NCBI GenBank assembly: GCA_013001465.1
Contig: JABDMM010000076.1
Location: 97 to 64,096 of the forward strand
From: Chitinophagales bacterium
GTDB lineage: Bacteria; Bacteroidota; Bacteroidia; Chitinophagales; JABDMM01
Length of the DNA stretch: 64,000 nt
Direction: 5' to 3'
The notes below the pieces were generated by a model that worked only from the letters and a program-made list of their open reading frames with translations, searched no databases and had not been told where the DNA came from. A program made the translations under genes and the position numbers. Of the stretch, positions 50,627 to 60,700 are shown one piece after another. The first letter of the stretch is position 1. Each line of letters opens with the position of its first letter.

Positions 50627-52039
50627 CTAGTTTTTATAAAGGTCAATTACATTCCTGATATCAGGATCGTTTGCAAAGTTTGGGTTGATCTCAAAAATGA
50701 TGTAATGCTCATCAAAGTTTTTGGCCAACCCTTGCTCTAAATTATAAAGCGCTTCTTTTTTTCTTCCGGAAACATAAAGAATTGCAGCCTTAAAGTAGGA
50801 AAATTCGCTATTGTTTTCAAACTGTTCTTCTCCTCTATCCAATGTTTCAATGCAATCTTCCAGCATCTCTGAGTCAAATTGAACGTTAGCCAGATTGATC
50901 CAGTTCTCTTTTCTTCCTGCTTCAAGTTTTATGAGCTGCTCATATATGTTGATAGCCTTCGTATAATCTTCTACTTGTGTGTACATGAATCCGAGTACTC
51001 GCATATAGTTTACATTCTTCTCTTTAAGGCTAATAGCTTTTTCCAGAGAAGCGATGGCTTTGTTATACCTGGCGTCTGTACCATAGTTATATCCAATTCT
51101 AAAGAAAGCTTCTGCAAAATGAGGGTCTATCTTCACTGCTTTCTTATAATAATATCTTGCCTTCTGATTCTCTCCTATCTTTTCATTACATACGGCGAGA
51201 TTAAAGAAATTCTCTTTGCTGCCTTTAGAAAAGTGTACAGCATCCATATAAAATGGAATAGCGTCTCGATAGCGCTTCTGCTTAAACAACAAATCCCCGC
51301 AGTCGCTGTGTGAAGAGGCAAAAGTTTCGTCAATAGCGATCGCATATTTAAAAGATTCAACTGCATCATCAAACTTTTTCATCCCAATATAGGCGTGGGC
51401 AAGATTATACCAAGCGAGTAAATTATAAGGAACCCTGTCTATCAATTTGTGATGAAATGCTATGCTATGCTCATACTTTTCACAGATCTCGATAGCAAAC
51501 CAAAGGCGGTTAAGTGCTTCTTCATCTGTTGGTCTTATGATCAATGCTTTTTCCAGATATTCGATAACAAGATCGTGTTTCTCCCAGTCTTCAAAAATAT
51601 CTGCCATCTCAAGATAAAGGTCTGCCAATTCGTCCTTATCACAAAAATCAATAGCCAATTGAATACACTTTAAGGCTTCTCCGTGTTCAGATAGCGACAG
51701 GTAAGCATCTGCTTTCAATAATAACAATTGAATGTTGCTTGGATCCAGGATCTCGGCTTTTTCAAGAATCTCTACAGCATCAGCATATTCCTTCCTTTCT
51801 ATATGGATCTCCGCTTTTTTGGAAAAGAATAGAGATGAAAACGGAAACAGTTCTAGCGCACTCTTAACCGCTATCATAGCGCGGTTTACATGTGCATTTT
51901 CCAGATAAAAATCGATAATCTGCTCAAGGGTGTTTTCATTAAAATATTGGGGAGAGTTGGCTTTTATCGATTCTTCATATTTGCTTATCAACTGCTTTAA
52001 GTCCTTGTCAGTCGATTCGTTGAAGTCATAATTTATCAT
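50627..52039 (-). CDS. Tetratricopeptide repeat protein
   Basis: Multiple TPR units such as AWYNLAHAY and AFFRIGYNY. Confidence 0.88.
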   Translation of the reverse strand: MINYDFNESTDKDLKQLISKYEESIKANSPQYFNENTLEQIIDFYLENAHVNRAMIAVKSALELFPFSSLFFSKKAEIHIERKEYADAVEILEKAEILDPSNIQLLLLKADAYLSLSEHGEALKCIQLAIDFCDKDELADLYLEMADIFEDWEKHDLVIEYLEKALIIRPTDEEALNRLWFAIEICEKYEHSIAFHHKLIDRVPYNLLAWYNLAHAYIGMKKFDDAVESFKYAIAIDETFASSHSDCGDLLFKQKRYRDAIPFYMDAVHFSKGSKENFFNLAVCNEKIGENQKARYYYKKAVKIDPHFAEAFFRIGYNYGTDARYNKAIASLEKAISLKEKNVNYMRVLGFMYTQVEDYTKAINIYEQLIKLEAGRKENWINLANVQFDSEMLEDCIETLDRGEEQFENNSEFSYFKAAILYVSGRKKEALYNLEQGLAKNFDEHYIIFEINPNFANDPDIRNVIDLYKN

Positions 52040-52355
52040 TAAAGCAATTTATTTGTAATAGGCGAAAGAACCAAATGAGGTTCTGCCCTTCAAATGAGTG
52101 ATCCAATTTCGTGCCAGTTGTAATCTTTTGTATACCAACACGTAAAGCAGATCACACTTTTAATTTGCTTGTGGAAAAGTATAATTTTTTCCAGCTACAA
52201 AGATACATATAAAACTTTTAATTAATTGAATGATATTCAAGTAGATTTCACTTGATTTTTTCTCAAATTTAGAGCATCTTAAGCTTGCTCACTTTGTCGA
52301 TTATCGGTTATATTTTAGCAATGCAGAAACCGAATCAGATGTAATGTAAAATCCT

Positions 52356-53291
52356 ATGATCTTAACTTTCGATAATAATGATTATAACTTGCCCGACTTC
52401 TTTATAGTCGGCGCTCCTAAATGTGGAACATCTGCTGTTGCCTCCTACCTTCGGGAACATCCTGATATATTTATGCCTTACCGAAAAGAGCTTCACCACT
52501 TTGCTACCGATCTATATAAAAGTGACAGTAGACAATTTGATAAATCATTTTTTTATTCATTTTTCGAAGAGGCCAAAAATGAACAGATCGTTGGGGATGC
52601 TTCCGTGTTTCATTTGTACTCTAAAACAGCTGCAATAAATATCAAGCAGTTCAACCCAGAGGCAAAGATACTCATGTTCCTGCGAAACCCAACGGATATG
52701 CTTTACTCCTATCATTCACAGTTGACATATAACGGGGACGAAAACTTGCCGGATTTCGAAGAAGCGATTAAAGCTGAAGAGGATAGAAAAAAAGGAATAC
52801 GGATCCCTTCAGATGTGAAGTTCCCTTCCATGCTTTACTATAGCGATGTTGTTCGGTTTACTGAACAAATTAAAAGATACTACGATGTTTTCCCAAAAGA
52901 ACAAATCAAGATCATCATATTCGATGATTTTAAATCGAATACAAATTCTGTTTATGCTGAAATCCTAAGATTCCTGAATGTCGACAATTCCTTCAATCCG
53001 GATTTTAAAGTGATAAACCCAAATAAAGTATCGCGATCTCCCATTCTACGCCGTATTTATGGAAAGAAACCTGCATTTATTGAGCAAATCGGACGACTTG
53101 TTCTTCCGTCTAAAAAATTAAGAAGAAAATTATTGCAGAAAGTTAAGTCGGCAAATACAAAGCATGTCGCAAGACCCAAGCTCCAGGCTGATACGAAAGC
53201 AGAGTTAATTCTTAAATTTAAACCTGAAGTTCAGAAACTTGAAGATCTCATAGAAAGAGATCTCAGTAGTTGGTATGAAATCAAAAACTAA
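52356..53291 (+). CDS. PAPS-dependent sulfotransferase
   Basis: PDFFIVGAPKCGT (5'-PSB loop), KELHHF and LRNP..M.YS motifs. Confidence 0.9.
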   Translation: MILTFDNNDYNLPDFFIVGAPKCGTSAVASYLREHPDIFMPYRKELHHFATDLYKSDSRQFDKSFFYSFFEEAKNEQIVGDASVFHLYSKTAAINIKQFNPEAKILMFLRNPTDMLYSYHSQLTYNGDENLPDFEEAIKAEEDRKKGIRIPSDVKFPSMLYYSDVVRFTEQIKRYYDVFPKEQIKIIIFDDFKSNTNSVYAEILRFLNVDNSFNPDFKVINPNKVSRSPILRRIYGKKPAFIEQIGRLVLPSKKLRRKLLQKVKSANTKHVARPKLQADTKAELILKFKPEVQKLEDLIERDLSSWYEIKN

Positions 53292-54119
53292 ATGAAGCAA
53301 TACCATAAGGAAATATTGAAGTCAAACATTCGAAAGGGCAGATTGCTCAAATACATGCTTCGGGAATTCAAGGCTGTTACAACAAGTCTTCCGTCTCAGA
53401 AGAAGTGGATTTTCGTTTTAGGTTGTTACAATTCCGGGACTACTTTGCTCCATAAACTACTAGCTTCTTCAAGTGAAATCGCATCGCTACCGGGTGAGGG
53501 TCAGTTTTTAACTAATCAGTTTCTGGTTCCATCTCATGTTGGACTGAGCAGACTATGGATAAAAGAAATGGACAAATTCTATCTTGAAGCAAGCAACACT
53601 GGACCAAATGCAAGCAAAATAAAAAAGCAGTGGGCTTCATACATGAATCATCCAGCAAGAAATTTTTACATGGAAAAATCCCCAACGGATATTGCCCGTA
53701 TAAAATGGTTTGAGAAACATTTCGATAAACCCTATTTCGTTGGAATTGTACGAAATGGCTTCGCTGTTGCAGAAGGAATAAGAAGAAAAGCTTCTTATCC
53801 CATAGATGAAGCGATCATGCAATGGAAGAAATCAAATGAGATCATGTTTAATGACTTGGAATCGGTACAGAATAAAATTATGATTTCATATGAGGAACTC
53901 ACAAGCGACGCAAATGGCACAATGAATAAGGTTTTCGATTTTTTATCGTTACCGGAAGTTTCATACCAGGAATCATCAGAAATGGATATACATGGTGTAA
54001 AAAGTGGTATTGAAAACATGAATCATCTTTCGTTTAACAACATTTCAGAAGAGGATATTGCTGTTATTGAAAAACATGCAGGGGACCTTCTCACTAAACT
54101 TAAATATAGTAGAGACTAG
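53292..54119 (+). CDS. Sulfotransferase (Sulfotransfer_3-like)
   Basis: FVLGCYNSGTTLL, EKSP, IVRNG and ISYEEL motifs. Confidence 0.88.
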   Translation: MKQYHKEILKSNIRKGRLLKYMLREFKAVTTSLPSQKKWIFVLGCYNSGTTLLHKLLASSSEIASLPGEGQFLTNQFLVPSHVGLSRLWIKEMDKFYLEASNTGPNASKIKKQWASYMNHPARNFYMEKSPTDIARIKWFEKHFDKPYFVGIVRNGFAVAEGIRRKASYPIDEAIMQWKKSNEIMFNDLESVQNKIMISYEELTSDANGTMNKVFDFLSLPEVSYQESSEMDIHGVKSGIENMNHLSFNNISEEDIAVIEKHAGDLLTKLKYSRD

Positions 54120-55061
54120 TTGATAGTACAATACAGAAATAAAGCATATCGATTACCTGACTTTCTGATCGTTGGAGCAGCAAAGAGTGGAACAACTTCG
54201 CTCCATACCTATCTGAAAGAGCATCCATCTGTGTTCATGCCTGAAGATAAGGAGCCTTATTTTTTTAGCTTCTGGAAAGAAACACCTGATTTTCAAAGCC
54301 CGGATCATCTCAATGGAGTCATTACAGATATAGAAGAATATTCTTCATTGTTTTCCGAATGCAAAGATGAACAGATAATTGGAGATGCTTCACCATCCTA
54401 TCTTTATACTTATGAAGAGTCTATAGAAAATATTAAAGAGATCTATGGAGATAAATTCAAAGACCTCAAGATCATTATAATCCTAAGAGAGCCGATAGCC
54501 AGAGCCTGGTCTCAATACATGCACTTTAAAAAATTCGATAACGAACCGCTTCATGCTAAAGATGCCTTCAACAAAGAATTGATTCGAAAGAGAATGGATC
54601 TTAACTGGAATATTTTCTATGACTACATCGGTTTTAGTAGCTACAGTAAAGGTGTTCATTCTTATCTAAACTCTTTTCCCAAGGTTCGGGTATATCTCTT
54701 CGATCAATTGAAAGATGATTCAGAATCATTGCTGAAGAATATTCTAAGATTTCTGGAGGTTAGCGATAACATAACTGCGATCTCGATCGACAAGAAACAT
54801 AATATATCGGGAAGTCCAAAGAACAGGTTCGGTGAAGCCATATGGAAGCTTATGTTTCAGAAAAATCCGATCAAAAGCTTAGCTTCGAAAGTGATGCCAA
54901 AGAAAATCAAGAAACAGGTGTTCTCATATGTCTCTCCCAAAATACTGGCCAAGGAAACAATACCGGATGATATTAAGGAAAATCTAAAAAATGTCTTTAC
55001 GGAAGACATCAATAAGCTTGAAAAAGAAATAGACCAAGACCTTTCAAAATGGAAATCATAA
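54120..55061 (+). CDS. PAPS-dependent sulfotransferase
   Basis: PDFLIVGAAKSGTTSL, KEPYFF, GDASPSYL and LREPIARAWSQY motifs; TTG start. Confidence 0.9.
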   Translation: MIVQYRNKAYRLPDFLIVGAAKSGTTSLHTYLKEHPSVFMPEDKEPYFFSFWKETPDFQSPDHLNGVITDIEEYSSLFSECKDEQIIGDASPSYLYTYEESIENIKEIYGDKFKDLKIIIILREPIARAWSQYMHFKKFDNEPLHAKDAFNKELIRKRMDLNWNIFYDYIGFSSYSKGVHSYLNSFPKVRVYLFDQLKDDSESLLKNILRFLEVSDNITAISIDKKHNISGSPKNRFGEAIWKLMFQKNPIKSLASKVMPKKIKKQVFSYVSPKILAKETIPDDIKENLKNVFTEDINKLEKEIDQDLSKWKS

Positions 55062-55062
55062 A

Positions 55063-55983
55063 ATGAGTGGCAATCCGAAGATCTTTTCTTTTGTAATTAT
55101 ATCTTTCAATAGACCTCAGGAAACTATTGAAGTTGTACAAAACATATTGGAAATCGAGAACGTCGATGGTTTCTCTAAAGAAATATTAGTGATCAATAAT
55201 GGATCGGAGAAATCTTACGGTTCTTTTGAAGCCTACCTTGATAATCTCAATCATGAAGACAGACAAAAGGTGATCTATATAGATCACCCTGAAAACACCG
55301 GTGTTGCAGGTGGAAGAAACATTGGGATCAAGAAAGCGACCGGAAACTATCTTTTCTTTATCGATGACGATGCCGAATTCGAAGAGAACTTTGTACTTCC
55401 ATTCACTTTGGAAAAGTTCAAAGAATACGAGAAAGACAATGTTAAACTGATCGGTTTTGTAGTTAAAAACTATTATGACGGGTCGCTCGATTTGCCCGTT
55501 AAAGATAAATCCAAAGCCCGGGAAAAGGAGTTTCTGAACAACTTGTTCTGGGGTGGAGCTCATGTCATCAAAAAAGAAGTTTTCGATGATGTTGGTCTTT
55601 ATACTGATGAATTTTTCTATGGCATGGAAGAATATGACCTGGCATATAAAACTTTGGACGCCGGTTATCGAATTCTTTTCACTTCTTCGATCAATGTACT
55701 GCATAAAGTTTCACCGGAAGGTAGAGAACCAGAGCGGACTAAATTCCGCAGAATGCTTGAAAACAAAGTCCTCGTAGCCTATAAATATTTACCAAAAAGA
55801 TATGTTTTAAGTCATTTATTTATGTGGAGCTTCTTTTATCTTTATAAATCGAAAGGACATATCACAGGATTCATTAAAATATTTACCTCTTTAAAAGAAA
55901 GAAGCAAGAATACTGAAAGGAATGTGATCTCGAAGGAAACGATAAAATATATTCGATCAGTTAAAGGACGTCTTTGGTATTAG
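55063..55983 (+). CDS. Glycosyltransferase family 2
   Basis: IISFNR, INNGS, GVAGGRNIG, FIDDDA and FFYGMEEYDL motifs. Confidence 0.9.
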   Translation: MSGNPKIFSFVIISFNRPQETIEVVQNILEIENVDGFSKEILVINNGSEKSYGSFEAYLDNLNHEDRQKVIYIDHPENTGVAGGRNIGIKKATGNYLFFIDDDAEFEENFVLPFTLEKFKEYEKDNVKLIGFVVKNYYDGSLDLPVKDKSKAREKEFLNNLFWGGAHVIKKEVFDDVGLYTDEFFYGMEEYDLAYKTLDAGYRILFTSSINVLHKVSPEGREPERTKFRRMLENKVLVAYKYLPKRYVLSHLFMWSFFYLYKSKGHITGFIKIFTSLKERSKNTERNVISKETIKYIRSVKGRLWY

Positions 55984-56078
55984 TATCAATTAATATTCAT
56001 TCCATCTAGTTTCATTCTCTTGAAATAGCTGTTCATTAGGAAACCTTTTATATTTTTGAAATATAAATCCTCCTAAAA

Positions 56079-57026
56079 GTGAAGAAACAAAATATTCTGG
56101 TGACCGGAGCTAACGGACAAATTGGCTCTGATCTTATTCCTGAACTTAAAAAGATCTATGGTGATTCGCATGTAATTGCAACCGACATTTCTGAAAAACC
56201 GAACGCCGAAACACCTTTTGAGGTTCTTGATGTACTTGACGCCAAGGCGATCAATTCGGTTTTCAAAAAGTATCAGATAACTCAAGTTTATCACCTTGCC
56301 TCACTTTTATCTGCAAAAAGCGAACTCAATCCACGACATGCATGGAATGTGAATATCAATGGCTTATTCAACATCATGGATAATTGTGTAGAAAATAAAA
56401 TTTCAAAACTCTTCTGGCCCAGTTCTATTGCAGTTTTCGGACCAAATAGTCCTAAGATCGATACTCCTCAATTTACTACAATGGATCCCGACACAGTGTA
56501 TGGAATAAGCAAACTTGCCGGTGAAAGATGGTGTCATCATTATCATTTCTCAAAATCACTCGATGTTCGTTCGTTACGGTACCCGGGTGTTATCAGCTAT
56601 AAGCATGAGCCTGGTGGAGGTACGACCGACTATGCTGTAGATATCTATTTCAAAGCTGTACAAGAAGGTAGATATGAATGTTATTTAACCGAAGACACTA
56701 TCCTTCCTATGATGTATATTCCTGATGCTATAAAAGCAACTATACAATTAATGGAATCCCCTTCCCATTCACTCGGGCTTAGATCCGGTTATAATATTGC
56801 AGGAATGAGCTTTGCTCCCGAAGACCTTGCAAAAGAGATATTGAATTATATTCCTGATTTCAAGGTGATTTACAGGCCGGATTTCAGACAACGGTTAGCT
56901 GATACCTGGCCGGAATCTGTTAACGATCAGTTTGCTAAGGCTGACTGGAACTGGCAACCGGAGTATGATATTAAAAGCATGACGGAAGACATGATCAAAA
57001 ATGTAAGGATGCTTACTCCTGTATAG
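56079..57026 (+). CDS. NAD-dependent epimerase/dehydratase family, probable SDR-type L-threonine 3-dehydrogenase
   Basis: VTGANGQIG, HLASLLSA, PSSIAVFG, YGISK and PGGGTTDYAV motifs. Confidence 0.85.
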   Translation: MKKQNILVTGANGQIGSDLIPELKKIYGDSHVIATDISEKPNAETPFEVLDVLDAKAINSVFKKYQITQVYHLASLLSAKSELNPRHAWNVNINGLFNIMDNCVENKISKLFWPSSIAVFGPNSPKIDTPQFTTMDPDTVYGISKLAGERWCHHYHFSKSLDVRSLRYPGVISYKHEPGGGTTDYAVDIYFKAVQEGRYECYLTEDTILPMMYIPDAIKATIQLMESPSHSLGLRSGYNIAGMSFAPEDLAKEILNYIPDFKVIYRPDFRQRLADTWPESVNDQFAKADWNWQPEYDIKSMTEDMIKNVRMLTPV

Positions 57027-57780
57027 TATTTCTCAACTTTGATATCTCATAAAAAATAATTCCTGCTGCTACAGAAACATTCAAGCTTTCCATTTTACCG
57101 CTCATCGGTATGCTCAACTGGTAATCACTTACTTTTAACAACTTGACATCAACACCCCGATCTTCAGACCCTAGAATTATCATTATCGGTTTGTCTTTAA
57201 ACTGAAGATCTCCCATAGGTTTTCCATTCATATCACTGGCGATAACCTCAATACCGTGAAGTTTTACTTGTTTTATCGTATTGACGAGGTTTGAAGATCT
57301 GCATACATGGATCTTCTCCAAAGCGCCTGCTGATGATTTTACAGCGAACTCGTTTATATCAGCACCTTCTGTTTTTGGGATCACAAGAGCATCTACGCCA
57401 AAGGCAACTGCCGATCTGGCTATTGCTCCAAGGTTTCTCACGTCTGTCACCCGATCTAACATACAGAGAAATGGAACTTCACCTTTTTCAATCTTAAAGG
57501 AGATGACATCTTCAACATCATAATATTGGATCAATGAAGTTATCGCAAGTATTCCTTGATGATTCAAGGATTGCATCTTCTGTTTTGGACCCAGGATCCG
57601 ATTGATCTTCTCGGGAGGGACAAATTGTAAAGGGATCCCTTCTCTTTTACATCCCTCATAGATATCGGACAGGCCTTTACCTTTTTTATCCTTTTGGATA
57701 AATATTTTATCTATCGAAACACCTGCATCGATGGCTTCCAACACAGGGTTTTTACCCGCTATAATTCGGGAGTTTTTCAT
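57013..57780 (-). CDS. rlmB: 23S rRNA (guanosine-2'-O)-methyltransferase RlmB
   Basis: G.NPV.EA, NHQG, DVRNLGAIARS, GSEDRG and ESLNVSVA SPOUT motifs. Confidence 0.92.
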   Translation of the reverse strand: MKNSRIIAGKNPVLEAIDAGVSIDKIFIQKDKKGKGLSDIYEGCKREGIPLQFVPPEKINRILGPKQKMQSLNHQGILAITSLIQYYDVEDVISFKIEKGEVPFLCMLDRVTDVRNLGAIARSAVAFGVDALVIPKTEGADINEFAVKSSAGALEKIHVCRSSNLVNTIKQVKLHGIEVIASDMNGKPMGDLQFKDKPIMIILGSEDRGVDVKLLKVSDYQLSIPMSGKMESLNVSVAAGIIFYEISKLRNTIQE

Positions 57781-57785
57781 TTCAA

Positions 57786-60700
57786 TTATCCTATACCCGG
57801 AAATTGCTGCCTGTACTGCTGCATTAGATCCGCTATTATCGTTGGCTTACCTTCAGGTGTATCATATATATTCGCTACCCGATCAAGCTCTCTCAGCATT
57901 GCATAATTGGACTGCAATCTTTGGATCTCAAGTGATAATTCACTTTGATCGAGCTTACTTAAGTAAATGAAATTCTCATCAGCCACATCGGCAAGAGTTT
58001 CTATAAACTCTCTTGCACGCTCTTTATTACCAACTCTATAATAAATCTCAGGAATCCCTGAGTTATATATGTTGAATGGGATCCTCTCTTTCGGCAACGC
58101 TTCAATGCATCTGTCCAAAGCTGCGATCGCCATTTCATTCTTTCCTTCAGCTGCACATGCATTCGCCAGACGGATGAAGTTATTCCGCATATTCATAGCC
58201 ATTCTGGAAATATTTTCATCGATATGAACATGATGGTTTAAATCATCGATTTTACCCCAAGAAAATTCATTCATCATATTATCGTACATAACATCAGTAT
58301 ATACAGGGCAATTCGGAGCTTGACCACTTGGATTTATAACCGGTACGATCCTGTATGCCAGACCCTCCAACTGAAAATATTTCTGCAGGCCTAAGTATGC
58401 GTCCGGACTTACAGAGACAGCAAAGTATATCGGTCTGTCCTGAAGGTTGTTTGCAAGAATATCCAGTGTTATCAGATCGTTCTTTAATAAATTATTCTTT
58501 CCTCCTTTCAGACTCCATTGGACAGCATCCTGGATCAGTGAAAAATCTTCTCGTTGGACCCACTCTTCTTGCATCACTTTCTGTTTATCTATAGTTACTT
58601 TAAAGTTCTTGGTGGGTAAGTAGTTGTCCAGTGACCTTCCAACAGTAACCTTGTTCTTGCGATCCTCACTCGCTATAAAACTCATGATATCCTTGAGCTC
58701 ATATGTTTTGGTATGATCTATGTTTTTATTCTTTGTAAACTGAATAATATTCCTTTTGCTCGCAATCACCTGATCCTGATCAAAGGTTAGCTTAATTGGC
58801 TCACCGTCATTCATTTTATATCTCAGCTGATCGATATACCAGTCAACACCAAGTAATGATAAGTTTACGATCCTGATATCAGTACGAATACCTTCTACTT
58901 CCTGAGCATACCACAACGGATAAGTATCATTATCTCCTTGAGTGAACAGGATCGCGTTAGGGGCACAAGATTCGAGGTAGTTATTAGCGAAATCTCTGGC
59001 AATAAATCTAGGTGATCTATCATGATCGTCCCAGCCCTGGGAACCCATGAGTATCGGTGCTATTACTCCAAGTCCAATAGCTAAACCGGCTCCTGCCATC
59101 GAAGGCATGTGCTTTTTGAAAAATTCAAACATCGCAAGAACCGCGAATCCTATCCAGATCGTATAAGCATAGAACGAGCCCGCTAATACGTAGTCCCTTT
59201 CTCTGGGTTCGATAGGCGGTTGATTATGGTAAACCAGCTGAAGGATACCGGTAACAAGAAACAATAACATAACGATCGCAAAACCACGCTTACTTTTCTG
59301 AACCTGATAAACCATTCCGATCAATCCAAGTATGAAGGGGATCATGAAAAACTTGTTGGTGGCGTCGTTATTCTTTCTATCACGAGGTAAGTTATCCTGT
59401 TTTAAAACAGGGTTACCACCAAATGTAATATTGTCATCTATAAATTTAATACCCGAGATCCAACCACCGTCGTCGTTATAATAGGCTCCCTGGAAGTCAT
59501 TCTGCCTGCCAGAAAAATTCCACATGAAATAACGCACATACATATAACCTAACTGGTAATTAATAAAGAAAGCTACATTATCCTTAAATGAAATATCATC
59601 ACGAATCGAATATCTTCCAGGGTTCTCCTGATTCATTGTGTTTACATAATTCTGAGCTTGCTGGAACTGATTATTCTTATATCTTTTGACAATAGCATTG
59701 TTCCTTCCACGATCGATCACGTTATAATCGGGTTCTATGATCCTGCGATAAGCTCTCGTGTGCCGTTGTTCCTGCCAAAATCCTAGTCTGGGGAATGGCA
59801 TTACAACATCATCTTTCCATACATATTCTTTCGTAATATCTACTACTTCATATTTATCGCCAACTCTTGCATATTTTTTCTTTTTATCTACGACTTCAGA
59901 GATGTCATATCTACTTGGTTCTGCAATATAAATTGGACCTTTGGTCAATGGTCGATCTCCATACTGCTCACGATTTAAGTATGATTGTAAACTGAAGGGA
60001 TCCGTAGGTTTGTTCATATTGATCGGCGGGTTGGCTGCAGATCTGATAGGTACCATAGTGTAGGAACTGAAACCAATAATGATATATATCATAGCCATCA
60101 CCACGGTATTCCACGTCGGTTTCCCTTTTTTATGGGTGAACCAAGCTGCAGCTGTTAATCCAATAATTATAAGGATCATTGTTACAACGACTCCCGAATA
60201 AAACGGCAAATTCATTCCGTTAACAAACCAAAGTTCGAAAGTTGAAGCTAGTCCGGCAATACCGGAGATGATCACTTTCATAATAACGCCGATGAAAGCG
60301 AAAGATATCACCTGAGAAACAAAGAAACCCCAGGCAGAAGGTTTGAAATGTTTAAAATAGATAACTGCGCCTGCAATTGGTAAAACGAGTAATGAAAGCA
60401 GGTGAACACCGGTTGAAAGACCGATCACAAATCCGATAAGAATTAACCACTTGTCTGCATATTCATCATCGGAAGCTTCCCATCGAAGAATTGCCCATAA
60501 GACAAACGCCATTAATCCAATTGACATTGCATAAACCTCACCTTCTGCGGCTGAAAACCAAAGGGAATCCAGAAAAGTACAAGCCATTGCTCCTACAAAA
60601 CCGGCTCCTAGAATTGCAACCATTTTTGGTTTCGAATAATCCTTATCCTCGAAAAAGAAACGGGTTGCCAAAAGCGTAAACGACCAAAACAAGAACAGAA

